From NCBI GenBank assembly GCA_028875575.1, contig JAPPDF010000084.1, forward strand, positions 12,666-76,665: a stretch of 64,000 nucleotides of DNA, in the 5' to 3' direction. A program made the position numbers and the translations under genes. Below, in pieces: positions 37,980-46,808 of the stretch. The notes beneath the pieces were generated by a model. It had not been told where the DNA came from, did not search any database, and saw only the letters and a program-made list of their open reading frames with translations. The stretch is from Acidobacteriota bacterium (GTDB lineage: Bacteria; Acidobacteriota; Terriglobia; Versatilivoradales; Versatilivoraceae). Positions within the stretch are counted from its first letter, which is position 1; each line of letters begins with the position of its first letter.

Positions 37980-39041
37980 TTACTCGATCAGCATGCAGTC
38001 TCCGTAGCTGTAAAAGCGGTAATCCATCTTCAGAGCTTCCCGGTAGGCCTCGAAAACCAGGTCGCGTCCGGCCAAGGCGCACACCAGCATGAGCAGGGTG
38101 GAGCCCGGCAGGTGGAAGTTGGTCAGCAAGGCTCCCACCCGGTGAAATCGAAAGCCGGGATAGATGAACAGGTCGGTTTCCCCGCGAAGCCGGGGTACCG
38201 GCCCGCGGAAGGCCGATTCCAGAACACGGGTCACGGTGGTGCCCACGGCTACGATGCGCTGCCCGGCGGTGCCGGCTGTCGAGATGGCTCGGGCGACCTC
38301 GGAAGTCATTTCAAAGGGCTCGGTTTCCATGCGGTGGTCCTCGATGCACTCGCTGACCACCGGTCGGAAGGTTCCCAGACCCACGTGCAGCGTCACCTCG
38401 CAGCGGGAGACTCCCTTGCGGCTCAGATCTGCGAAGACCCGGGGGGTAAAGTGCAGCCCGGCCGTGGGGGCGGCCACGGCTCCTCGCTTGCGGGCGTACA
38501 CCGTCTGGTAGCGGTCGCGGTCGTGGATCTCGTCGGGCCGGCGAATATAGGGGGGCAGGGGAACGTGGCCCAGCCGGTCCAGGATGTCATCGAAGTCACC
38601 CTCGTATTCAAAGCGAAGCACCCGCAATCCCCGTTCGCCCCGCCCCGCAACCACCGCCTTCAGTTGGCCGCCGCCGAAGAGCAGGTGCTCGCCAACCCGT
38701 ATCCTGCGACCCGGCTTCACCAGCGCTTCCCAGGTGTGCGGTCCCAAGGGCTTCACCAGGAGCACTTCGATGGGGGCTTTCAGTACGCCTCCCGGGGGTG
38801 GCCTGTCGCTGGTCAGTCCAGCCCGGTTTCCAATCAGACGGGCCGGGAAAACCTTGGTGTTGTTCAAGACCAGCAGATCCCGGGGGGTCAGCAGCTCAGG
38901 CAGTTCGGAGAATCGGTGGTGGGAGATCCGACCGGTAGCTCGAACCAGCCGCAGCAGGCGGGACTGGTCGCGCTTTTCGGAGGGGTAGAGAGCAATCCGG
39001 TCGCTGGGCAGCGGGTATTCGAAATCGGAACGTTGCATCCC
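37980..39041 (-). CDS. queA: S-adenosylmethionine:tRNA ribosyltransferase-isomerase
   Basis: Starts MQRSDFEYPLPSDRIALYP. PLPPYI and TAGLHFT motifs are diagnostic of QueA. Confidence 0.9.
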   Translation of the reverse strand, partial: GMQRSDFEYPLPSDRIALYPSEKRDQSRLLRLVRATGRISHHRFSELPELLTPRDLLVLNNTKVFPARLIGNRAGLTSDRPPPGGVLKAPIEVLLVKPLGPHTWEALVKPGRRIRVGEHLLFGGGQLKAVVAGRGERGLRVLRFEYEGDFDDILDRLGHVPLPPYIRRPDEIHDRDRYQTVYARKRGAVAAPTAGLHFTPRVFADLSRKGVSRCEVTLHVGLGTFRPVVSECIEDHRMETEPFEMTSEVARAISTAGTAGQRIVAVGTTVTRVLESAFRGPVPRLRGETDLFIYPGFRFHRVGALLTNFHLPGSTLLMLVCALAGRDLVFEAYREALKMDYRFYSYGDCMLIE

Positions 39042-39370
39042 AGTGTCCTGTCTGAGAAATCGGGTTGCCCTATTTCGGAGCGCAACGGTGCCGAATTCCA
39101 GGAGCGACGATGAGCCAATGCTCATTCATTGCGGGGAGGAGCGACGACGAAGATGGCGCCGTTGCGCCCGAACCCGGAGGGCCGATGGAGGTTCCGGCGA
39201 GGGGGAGCAGAATGGCGCCTGATTCGCTGAAACGCATAGGGTTTCTAGACCGACCGTTTTCCTCTGGAACCTCCATCGGAGAGGGTCATCCTATTTCTCA
39301 GACAGGACACTCGGCAGGTTGGTACCGCTCCGCACTCCTGTAGGGCGAAGCAAGCCCGCCAACGGCGGTA

Positions 39371-39829
39371 TCAAAGCAGGTGTTCGTTCAATTGAGGTCT
39401 TGGCTCAACCTCTTCCTTCGGTTGGGAAAGGACGGGCACGGGTTGCGGGGGCGCACCGGCGAGAAAAGTCGCCAGCTGGTCGTCCGCCCCGTCGAACCAG
39501 GTCCGGATCAACTCCGCAACCGCGCGGCTGCGCGACTCCTCGAAGGAGCATCGGGGGAGAAAGTAGTGGGCTTTGCCCCGCCGGGTTCGAGTCAGGAAGC
39601 CCTTCCGGGTCAATCGGTCCATGACCGTCAGGACGGTGGTGTAGGCCAGGGGATGGTCAGGCTGGAGGACTCGATGGACATCGCGCACGGTCTTGGCTCC
39701 CTCGAACCAGAGAGCCTTCATGCATTTCAGCTCGGCTGCGGTGAGCCTTCCCGATGCCGGTGAGCTTTCATCGGCCGAAAGGCGCCCGGTTCCGGCGGTG
39801 GCTTGAGTCATCTTGTTCGGGCGGTTCAT
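39371..39829 (-). CDS. BlaI/MecI/CopY-family transcriptional repressor
   Basis: Winged-helix region LTAAELKCMKALW...YTTVLTVMDRLTRKGFL. Start overlaps the yhaM-like stop (ATGA). No M56 BlaR1 partner is visible. Confidence 0.75.
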   Translation of the reverse strand: MNRPNKMTQATAGTGRLSADESSPASGRLTAAELKCMKALWFEGAKTVRDVHRVLQPDHPLAYTTVLTVMDRLTRKGFLTRTRRGKAHYFLPRCSFEESRSRAVAELIRTWFDGADDQLATFLAGAPPQPVPVLSQPKEEVEPRPQLNEHLL

Positions 39830-40782
39830 TTTGTTTTCGAGCCCTTGAAGAGCGGGCGTTCGAACATTCGATTATAGGCGGTCCACTCCGGGTCGGTGTT
39901 GGTATCGCCGGCAATCAGATTCAGCATGGAGGTCAGCTTGCTGTCCAGGTTATCGAGGTAGTGGAGCACCAGCGACTCGGGGAACATGGGAAGCTTGGGG
40001 CTTCCGAACTCGTATTCGCCGTGATGGGAGATGATCAGATGTTGGACCAGCGTCTTCAGCTTGGGAGGAAAGCCCTCGATTTCAACCATCTTGCGATTGA
40101 TGAGTTCCAGTTCCAGGATCATGTGGCCGAGCAGTTGGCCCTCGGTGGTGTAGGCGAAACTGCGGCTGTAGCTCAACTCTTCCGTCTTGCCGATATCGTG
40201 AAGGACGGCTCCGGTCAGGAGAAGGTCCAGGTCGAGGTCCGGATAGTGTTCGGCCATCCCCTGGCAGAGACGGCAGAGCGACAGGGTGTGTTCGAGCAAG
40301 CCGCCCAACCAGGCGTGATGGAGGGACTTGGCGGCGGGTGCCTGTTTGAACTTGAGCGCGAACTCAGAGTCGCTCAAGAGATTTTCGAGAAGCATTTTAA
40401 GGTGGGGATTCCCGATCCGGCTCACCTGAGCCAGCAGGTCCCCGAACATCTGCTCCACGTCCCTTGTCGTCTTGGGAAGATAGTCCCCCAGGTCGACCTC
40501 CGATTCCTGGCAGCGCCGGAGCCGATGAATGGTGAGCTGCTGCTTGTTGTTAAAGAGCCGGACCTGGCCCCTCACCTTGACGAAGTCGTCCCTGCCGAAG
40601 GTGGGCTCCACCTCAGCCACGTTGTCCCACATCTTGGCGTCCAGACTCCCGCTCTTGTCGCCCAAGGTCAAAGAGAGGTATGAGTTGCCGTTCTTGGCGG
40701 TACGGACCTCCTTGTCCTTCACCAGAAAGGTGGTGGTGACGTTCTGGTTGGGTTCAAGGTCGCTGACGAAATGGTCTTTCAT
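39826..40782 (-). CDS. YhaM-like 3'-5' exoribonuclease (OB-fold + HD domain)
   Basis: N-terminal OB fold (VTTTFLVKDKEVRTAKNGNSYLSLTLGDKSG). HD motif LLTGAVLHDIGK...ISHHGEYEFGS. Confidence 0.7.
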   Translation of the reverse strand: MKDHFVSDLEPNQNVTTTFLVKDKEVRTAKNGNSYLSLTLGDKSGSLDAKMWDNVAEVEPTFGRDDFVKVRGQVRLFNNKQQLTIHRLRRCQESEVDLGDYLPKTTRDVEQMFGDLLAQVSRIGNPHLKMLLENLLSDSEFALKFKQAPAAKSLHHAWLGGLLEHTLSLCRLCQGMAEHYPDLDLDLLLTGAVLHDIGKTEELSYSRSFAYTTEGQLLGHMILELELINRKMVEIEGFPPKLKTLVQHLIISHHGEYEFGSPKLPMFPESLVLHYLDNLDSKLTSMLNLIAGDTNTDPEWTAYNRMFERPLFKGSKTK

Positions 40783-40980
40783 GCCGCTGCATCCGTTCGG
40801 CGGGCGTCGGCCGGCCGACCTCCGAGTCCCGGCCTTGGGAAACTCCCGGCTCCGCTTTCGGTCCGGTCGCAGTCGGCCGAGAAGGGCCACCGACCGTCCC
40901 TATGGTATACTGAACGGCACTTTCGGCCGACCCAACAGGGTGCCCGCCCCGGCTTGAGAGTACTATAGCCAACCCGGCGC

Positions 40981-41634
40981 ATGAAGACAGAAAAAATCTC
41001 CGAATTCACCATCAATCGCCTCTCCATCTATCTCAGATGCCTGAACCTGCTGGCCGCATCCGGGGTGACCACCACTTCTTCCCAGGCCCTGGCCGAACAG
41101 TTTCAACTGAACTCGGCGCAGATCCGCAAGGACTTGACCTATTTTGGCGAATTCGGGGTGCGGGGCGTCGGCTACAACGTGACTGAGCTGCGAGCCCATC
41201 TCAACGAGATCCTTGGGCTGGACAGGCAGCACAGGATCGGCATTGTGGGCGCCGGCAATCTGGGGATGGCGTTGGCCAACTATCGGGGGTTCGAGCACGA
41301 ATGTTTTCAGGTAGCGGCACTCTTCGACAAGGAGGCATCGCGCCTGGGAATCACGTCCCGCAGTGGTGTCGTCGTCCACCACATCGACGAGCTCGATGAG
41401 GTGGTCGCCCGCGAGCGGATCGTCATCGGCGTGGTAGCGGTACCGGCGGAAAACGCCCAGGAGGTGGTCGACCGATTGACCGAGGCCGGAATCAGCGCCA
41501 TTCTCAATTTTGCGCCGGTGCGTCCCAACACTCGACCGGGAGTGCAGCTCAAGACCATGGATCTGGCCATCTCCTTCGAAAGCCTGTCCTATTTCCTTTC
41601 CGACTCGGGTCTCGACGGCCCTACTCCACCCTGA
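40981..41634 (+). CDS. rex: Redox-sensing transcriptional repressor Rex
   Basis: N-terminal wHTH INRLSIYLRCLN. Rossmann motif IGIVGAGNLG. 217 aa. Confidence 0.85.
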   Translation: MKTEKISEFTINRLSIYLRCLNLLAASGVTTTSSQALAEQFQLNSAQIRKDLTYFGEFGVRGVGYNVTELRAHLNEILGLDRQHRIGIVGAGNLGMALANYRGFEHECFQVAALFDKEASRLGITSRSGVVVHHIDELDEVVARERIVIGVVAVPAENAQEVVDRLTEAGISAILNFAPVRPNTRPGVQLKTMDLAISFESLSYFLSDSGLDGPTPP

Positions 41635-41666
41635 CCGGGCGCACCCGGCAGAAGACGCTAGCTGAG

Positions 41667-42443
41667 ATGACAGAGTCTCTGGAGCAACACCGCAAGGATA
41701 TTGTCGAGATCGGTAGGCGCATCTACCGGCTGGGCTACGTGGCGGCCTTTGACGGCAACATCAGCGTACGAATGGGAAACGGCAACGTGCTGGCCACCCC
41801 CACCGCCATGAGCAAGGGCTTCATGGCCGAGGAGGATCTGGTCATCGTCGATCCCGAAGGGCGGGCCGTGGAGGGCAAGCGCAAGGTCTCCTCGGAAATC
41901 GCCATGCACCTGCTGATCTATCAGCTCCGTTCCGACGTTCAGGCGGTGGTGCACGCCCATCCCCCCTGCGCCACGGGTTACGCTGCCGCCGGCGTCCCCC
42001 TGACCAAGGCCATCCTGGCCGAGGTGGTGCTGGTCCTGGGATGCATTCCGCTCACCCGTTACGGGACCACCGGGACTTCCGAGCTGACGGATGCCATTCG
42101 GGACTACGTCCCCAGGCACGATGCCTTGCTGCTGGCCAATCATGGCGTGGTCACCTACGGGAGCGACCTGTTCCTGGCTCACGCCAAGATGGAAACGGTG
42201 GAGCACTTCGCCCGCATCAGTCTCGCCACCAAGGTTCTGGGTCGGGAAACGCTGCTCAGCGGCGAAGATGTGGACAAGCTTCTGGTTGCCAGGGAAAAGT
42301 ACGGGATCAAGGGCCCCTCGCCGGTAGGGGAGGGGTGTCCCACCCTGGGAGAGGAAGAGTCCGAGCCAAGGATAACGTTGACCCGAAGTCAACTGGTCGA
42401 TATCATCCAATCGGCGTTGGTGTCTCTGCAAAAAGAGAGGTAA
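41667..42443 (+). CDS. Class II aldolase (fuculose/rhamnulose-phosphate aldolase-like) with C-terminal encapsulation-peptide-like extension
   Basis: Class II aldolase/adducin pattern (GNISVR, zinc-binding AVVHAHPP). The C-terminus has a Pro/Gly/Glu linker followed by an amphipathic helix, ITLTRSQLVDIIQSALVSLQKER. Confidence 0.85.
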   Translation: MTESLEQHRKDIVEIGRRIYRLGYVAAFDGNISVRMGNGNVLATPTAMSKGFMAEEDLVIVDPEGRAVEGKRKVSSEIAMHLLIYQLRSDVQAVVHAHPPCATGYAAAGVPLTKAILAEVVLVLGCIPLTRYGTTGTSELTDAIRDYVPRHDALLLANHGVVTYGSDLFLAHAKMETVEHFARISLATKVLGRETLLSGEDVDKLLVAREKYGIKGPSPVGEGCPTLGEEESEPRITLTRSQLVDIIQSALVSLQKER

Positions 42444-42503
42444 CCCGCACTGGCCAGGCTGCGAAGCTGTGAAGCCTGCAGCCCCCGGTGAGAAATGCGG
42501 GTT
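42442..42503. mobile_element. Degenerate, internally collapsed MITE-like remnant
   Basis: aacccgcaCTGG...CCGGtgagaaatgcgggtt resembles both TIRs of the 244-bp MITE. It begins on the aldolase TAA stop. Confidence 0.4.
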
Positions 42504-42618
42504 TGGGTTTGATTCCACGGAGCAGCCGGGGGAAGGTTCCCGGTGAGCTCGACGGACTCGGACTGGGTCGTTCGCAGCAACTGGCTTGTCGACAGATCAT
42601 CATGGAAAGGACGGGAAG

Positions 42619-42903
42619 ATGGGTGAAGCTCTAGGAATGATCGAGACACGCGGGCTGGTGGCCATGATCGAGGCGTCGGACGCCATGGTCAAGGCAGCCA
42701 AGGTGACCCTGGTGGGATGGGAGAAGATCGGGTCCGGGTACGTGACTTCCATCGTGCGCGGGGACGTGGCCGCCGTCAAGGCCGCCACCGACGCCGGGGC
42801 CGCCGCTGCTCGGCGGGTCGGAGAACTGGTCAGCGTTCACGTGATCCCCAGGCCCCATTCCAACCTGGAAGAAGTTCTCCCCATCGGCAAAGCGGGGGCG
42901 TAG
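42619..42903 (+). CDS. Bacterial microcompartment shell protein BMC-H (PduA/EutM-like)
   Basis: [30 protein letters not shown]...[19 protein letters not shown] is the canonical Pfam BMC-domain signature. Confidence 0.9.
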   Translation: MGEALGMIETRGLVAMIEASDAMVKAAKVTLVGWEKIGSGYVTSIVRGDVAAVKAATDAGAAAARRVGELVSVHVIPRPHSNLEEVLPIGKAGA

Positions 42904-42957
42904 CCCGATTCGGTTGAGGAGGGCCGGGACCAGCGGTCCAGTCCCTGAGGGTGCCCC

Positions 42958-43227
42958 ATGCTTTTAGGTCGGGTTGTCGGAACAGTTGTCGCCACTCGCA
43001 AGGACCCGCGTCTGGAGGGCAAGAAGCTGCTTGTCGTCCGGACCATCGATCCCTCCGGCAAGGATCTGTCCGGTTACCTGGTGGCCGTGGATACCGTAAG
43101 CGCCGGCTTCAAGGAAAGAGTGCTGTTGGTCTCCGGGAGTTCCGCCCGCATGGCCGGGGGGTGCAGGGATTGTCCGGTCGACACGGCCATCGTCGGCATT
43201 GTCGACTCCGTAGAAGTGACTGCTTAG
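42958..43227 (+). CDS. BMC vertex protein BMC-P (EutN/CcmL family), paralog 1
   Basis: MLLGRVVGTVVATRKD...AVDTVSAG...AIVGIVDSVEV matches the EutN/PduN pattern. 89 aa. Confidence 0.9.
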   Translation: MLLGRVVGTVVATRKDPRLEGKKLLVVRTIDPSGKDLSGYLVAVDTVSAGFKERVLLVSGSSARMAGGCRDCPVDTAIVGIVDSVEVTA

Positions 43228-43239
43228 GGAGGCCCCGCA

Positions 43240-43509
43240 ATGCGACTGGGTCGGGTGGTCGGACCAGTGGTGGCCACACGCAAGGACGACGCGCTCGAGG
43301 GCAAGACGCTGCTCCTGATTCAACCCCTGGACAAGCAGGGGCGCGACCGCGGAAGAGCCCTGGTCGGAGTGGACGCGGTGGGCGCCGGGGCTGGAGAGAC
43401 CATCTACTGGTGCCGTGGCCGGGAAGCCTCCCTGGCCTGGCATCCTCATCATACCGTGCCGACGGAATGCGCCATCGTCGGCATCGTCGACTCGGTAACC
43501 ATCGATTGA
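43240..43509 (+). CDS. BMC vertex protein BMC-P (EutN/CcmL family), paralog 2
   Basis: MRLGRVVGPVVATRKD...GVDAVGAG...AIVGIVDSV. 89 aa. Confidence 0.9.
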   Translation: MRLGRVVGPVVATRKDDALEGKTLLLIQPLDKQGRDRGRALVGVDAVGAGAGETIYWCRGREASLAWHPHHTVPTECAIVGIVDSVTID

Positions 43510-43534
43510 TTCCTCAAGCGGGGCTTCAGCCACC

Positions 43535-43807
43535 ATGCTGATCGGCAGAATCATCGGCGAAGTCGTCGCCACTCGCAAGCACGCCTCCCACGAGGGACAG
43601 AAGATTCTTTACGTCCAGATGCTCAATCTGGACGGCAGCGAGCGTGGGTCACCTTTCCTGGCGGTGGATTCGGTGGATGCCGGGGTGGGTGACGACGTTC
43701 TGGTCGCCCAGGAGGGCTGGTCGGCCATGACATCGGTGGGGAAGCCCTACTCTCCGATCGACATGGCCGTGGTCGGTGTCATCGATCAGGTGCATCTGTC
43801 GGAATAG
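43535..43807 (+). CDS. BMC vertex protein BMC-P (EutN/CcmL family), paralog 3
   Basis: MLIGRIIGEVVATRKH...AVDSVDAG...AVVGVIDQV. 90 aa. Confidence 0.9.
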   Translation: MLIGRIIGEVVATRKHASHEGQKILYVQMLNLDGSERGSPFLAVDSVDAGVGDDVLVAQEGWSAMTSVGKPYSPIDMAVVGVIDQVHLSE

Positions 43808-43825
43808 CCCCGGGTCCCCGGACCC

Positions 43826-44440
43826 TTGCCCATGATTGCTCACCTCTCGGGCACGCTCCTCTCCAAGGAACCCCAACAGGTCGTAATCGACGTCAACGGT
43901 GTCGGCTATGAGGTTCACGTCCCCCTCTCCACCTTTTACGAGGTGGGCGAGGTCGGGTCCTCGGTTCAGCTTCGCATCCACACCCACGTTCGCGAGGATA
44001 CCCTCCAGCTATTCGGCTTCAGGAGCCTGGAGGAGAAGTCGGCCTTTGAGCACCTGACCTCCGTTTCCGGTGTCGGTCCCAGGCTGGCTCTGACCATCCT
44101 TTCGGGGATGAGCGTGGAGGAGTTGATCCCGGCCATCCGCCAGAGCAATTCGACCCGGCTTTGCCTGATTCCGGGGGTGGGGAAGAAGACAGCCGAGCGC
44201 CTGGTGGTGGAGCTCAGGGACAAGCTGGCCCGGACGGTGCCGGATGAGCCACGCCCGCAGGCGCCGGGCCCTTCTTCCCTGCAGGAAGACGTGGTCTCGG
44301 CCCTGGTGAACCTGGGTTACCCCAAAGCCTCGGCCGTGAGGGCTTTTCAGGAGTCTGCCCGGGAGGCTCCGGCAGACGGGAGCATGGAGCTGCTGATCAA
44401 GGCGGCCTTGCAGGTCCTCTCCCGGCCGAAACGAGGCTAG
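43826..44440 (+). CDS. ruvA: Holliday junction branch migration protein RuvA
   Basis: MIAHLSGTLLSKEPQQVVIDVNGVGYEV..., then HhH motifs LIPGVGKKTAERLVVEL. The TAG stop sits at the MITE junction. Confidence 0.9.
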   Translation: MPMIAHLSGTLLSKEPQQVVIDVNGVGYEVHVPLSTFYEVGEVGSSVQLRIHTHVREDTLQLFGFRSLEEKSAFEHLTSVSGVGPRLALTILSGMSVEELIPAIRQSNSTRLCLIPGVGKKTAERLVVELRDKLARTVPDEPRPQAPGPSSLQEDVVSALVNLGYPKASAVRAFQESAREAPADGSMELLIKAALQVLSRPKRG

Positions 44441-44684
44441 CCCGCATTTCTCACCAGGCCGCTGGAGGCATTACAAGAAGTAGATTATCTTCAGCACCTT
44501 GATTGGCTCAATGTCAAGGGCTTGCGCATCACAGACGGCGCTGGGCATGCCCTGGCTTGTCCTTTTCCCTTCAGCGCGCACAGGCTCCCTCGACCGTAGA
44601 AACCGCTACGCTCTTCGGTCGCGAGCACGCGCTGAAGGGGAAATTCCTGCGCCATGATCATGCCCCCTGGTGAGAAATGCGGGC
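44440..44684 (-). mobile_element. MITE copy 3 (245 bp, inverted relative to copies 1 and 2) between ruvA and ruvB
   Basis: Same TIRs and TA flanks, inserted in CTAG exactly at the ruvA stop. About 90% identical to copies 1 and 2. Confidence 0.85.
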
Positions 44685-44790
44685 TAGGCGGACTATCCAC
44701 TCGCCACGCCGCCGGCCCCGGTTGAATCGCTTCCGATCTTTGTGCTACCGTTGCGGCGAGTCTTCCGTTCTCATCCTCCCCAATTTCTCT

Positions 44791-45810
44791 ATGGACCAGG
44801 ATCGAATTATTTCCGGGGCTCCCTTCGAGGAGGAGCAGAGCTTCGAGCTCAGCTTGCGCCCCAGGGTTCTGCAGGAGTATATCGGCCAGAACCAAGTGAA
44901 GCAGAACCTGGAGATCTCGGTAGCGGCCGCCCGTTCCCGGGGCGAAGCCCTGGACCACGTGCTGCTCTACGGTCCGCCCGGCCTGGGGAAGACCACCCTG
45001 GCCGGCGTCATCGCCAACGAGCTGGGGGTGAGTCTGAAGACCACCACCGGTCCCATCATTCAGATCAAGGGAGATCTGACGGCCATTCTCACCAACCTGC
45101 AGCCCAACGACGTGCTGTTCATCGACGAGATTCACCGCCTCTTGCCTCACATCGAGGAGATTCTCTATCCGGCCCTGGAGGACTTCAAGCTGGACCTGAT
45201 CATCGGCCAGGGGCCCAGCGCCAGAAGCGTGGCGCTCAATCTGCCCCCGTTTACCCTGGTGGGCGCCACCACCCGAGCGGGGTTGATCTCCTCTCCGCTG
45301 AGGTCCCGCTTCGGCATCGTGCACCGGCTGGACTACTACACCGAGGAAGAGCTGGGGGTGATCGTGAGACGCTCGGCCGAAATCCTGGGCATCCGGATCG
45401 ACGCGGCGGGAACCAAGGAGATCGCCGCCCGCTCGCGCGGCACGCCGCGCGTGGCCAACCGCCTGCTGCGAAGGGTTCGCGACTACGCCCAGGTGAAGGC
45501 CGACGGGGTCATTAACCGGGAAGTGGCCCGCCAAAGCCTGGCCCTGCTGGCCATCGACGACACCGGCTTTGACGAGAACGACAAGAAACTGATCAAGACC
45601 ATCATCGAGAAATTCTCCGGCGGACCCGTGGGGGTGGCCACCCTGGCGGCTGCCATCAGCGAGGAAGTGGACGCCATCGAGGACATTTACGAACCCTATC
45701 TGATTCAGAGAGGCCTGCTGCAACGCACTCCCCGAGGCCGGATGGCCACCAAGCTGGCCTACGAACACTTCGGTCTGACTCCCGCCCCCGGCCAGCTCAG
45801 CCTGCTGTGA
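44791..45810 (+). CDS. ruvB: Holliday junction branch migration DNA helicase RuvB
   Basis: Walker [12 protein letters not shown] and the RuvB-specific sensor pattern. Start [15 protein letters not shown] at 44791. Confidence 0.95.
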   Translation: MDQDRIISGAPFEEEQSFELSLRPRVLQEYIGQNQVKQNLEISVAAARSRGEALDHVLLYGPPGLGKTTLAGVIANELGVSLKTTTGPIIQIKGDLTAILTNLQPNDVLFIDEIHRLLPHIEEILYPALEDFKLDLIIGQGPSARSVALNLPPFTLVGATTRAGLISSPLRSRFGIVHRLDYYTEEELGVIVRRSAEILGIRIDAAGTKEIAARSRGTPRVANRLLRRVRDYAQVKADGVINREVARQSLALLAIDDTGFDENDKKLIKTIIEKFSGGPVGVATLAAAISEEVDAIEDIYEPYLIQRGLLQRTPRGRMATKLAYEHFGLTPAPGQLSLL

Positions 45811-45840
45811 GGGAAGCGAGTGATTTGCCGGAAGCATAAT

Positions 45841-45900
45841 AGGCAAAGAGAGTTATCCACGAAGGGGCACGAAGGACGACGAAGGGCCAGCAAGGGGTTG
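45841..45900 (+). repeat. CACGAAGG-unit short interspersed repeat, copy E
   Basis: aaagagagttatccacgaaggggcacgaaggacgacgaagggccagcaagggg. Confidence 0.7.
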
Positions 45901-45986
45901 GAGAAGCCTCAAGAGGAGTCCGCCAAGGGTTGGGAAGAGGGGGTAGAGGTTTCCACCGATTCATAGGACTTTGGAGAACCAGCGAC

Positions 45987-46214
45987 ATGGCGACTTCGAT
46001 TCGGCTTGCTCCTGAAACAGAACAACGGCTTGATTTTCTGGCCTCGCAGACCGGGCGCACCAAGGCCTTCTACCTGCGTGAGATGATTGAGCGCGGCCTT
46101 GAGGATATGGAGGACTACTACCTTGCCTCAGAGGCGCTGGAACGCCTTCGTAGAGGCACAGAGAAAACATACTCCTCCGCCGACGTGAGGAATGACCTTA
46201 ACTTGTACGATTGA
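45987..46214 (+). CDS. Ribbon-helix-helix antitoxin (RelB/ParD-like), apparently orphan
   Basis: MATSIRLAPETEQRLDFLASQTGRTKAFYLREMIERGLEDMEDYYLA is the pattern of RHH antitoxins of RelE/ParE systems. No toxin ORF follows; folK starts at its stop. Confidence 0.55.
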   Translation: MATSIRLAPETEQRLDFLASQTGRTKAFYLREMIERGLEDMEDYYLASEALERLRRGTEKTYSSADVRNDLNLYD

Positions 46215-46221
46215 CCACACG

Positions 46222-46701
46222 GTGCTGGCCATCCTGGGTCTCGGTTCCAATGTCGGCGACAGACGTTCCCGGTTGCAGCAAGCCATTGGCGACCTCGCTT
46301 CATCCCGACTGGAAATCGTCCGGACCTCCTCCCTCTATCTCACCGAGCCGGTGGACTATCCCGACCAGCCCTGGTTTCTCAACCAGGCCCTGCTCGTCCG
46401 CACGCGGCTATCGCCCTACCGCCTGCTAGCCTGCTGCCTGGAGGTGGAGGAGGCGCTGGGAAGGCAGCGCCTGCCGCCCAAGGGTCCCCGAGCCATCGAT
46501 GTCGACATCCTGCTCTATGCAGACCGGGTTCTCAGCGACTGCAAGCTGACCATCCCTCACCCCCGATTCCACCTCAGGAGGTTCGCCCTGACGCCGGCGG
46601 CCGAAGTCGCCCCTGAGTGCGAGCACCCGCGCCTCGGCCTGTCGCTGGCCGCCTTGCTGGAGCGCTGCCGGGATCCGGCCCAAGTTGTCCGATTGGCGTG
46701 A
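46222..46701 (+). CDS. folK: 2-amino-4-hydroxy-6-hydroxymethyldihydropteridine pyrophosphokinase
   Basis: VLAILGLGSNVGD...LDIDILLY...IPHPR are FolK motifs. GTG start at 46222 proposed. The ORF is open from 46192. Confidence 0.8.
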   Translation: MLAILGLGSNVGDRRSRLQQAIGDLASSRLEIVRTSSLYLTEPVDYPDQPWFLNQALLVRTRLSPYRLLACCLEVEEALGRQRLPPKGPRAIDVDILLYADRVLSDCKLTIPHPRFHLRRFALTPAAEVAPECEHPRLGLSLAALLERCRDPAQVVRLA

Positions 46702-46808
46702 ATTTGTTAGGCTATCGTCGGCGCCTGGATCAGTGACCTGACCGGGACGCCCACCGGGCCTTCAGGCCCAAACCAAGCATTCAATCCCGATGACAAGGAG
46801 CGTATCGA

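Noticed and set aside
40890-40981. Looked for a canonical Rex operator (TTGTGAA-N4-TTCACAA) in the rex and aldolase upstream regions
   Set aside because: No convincing match was found by eye. The regulatory link between Rex and the BMC genes therefore remains an inference from adjacency.
16141-45900. Possibility that the CACGAAGG arrays are a CRISPR array
   Set aside because: The units are directly tandem with ~10-bp period and no unique spacers, and the copies are dispersed. They are not a repeat-spacer array. No cas genes are present.
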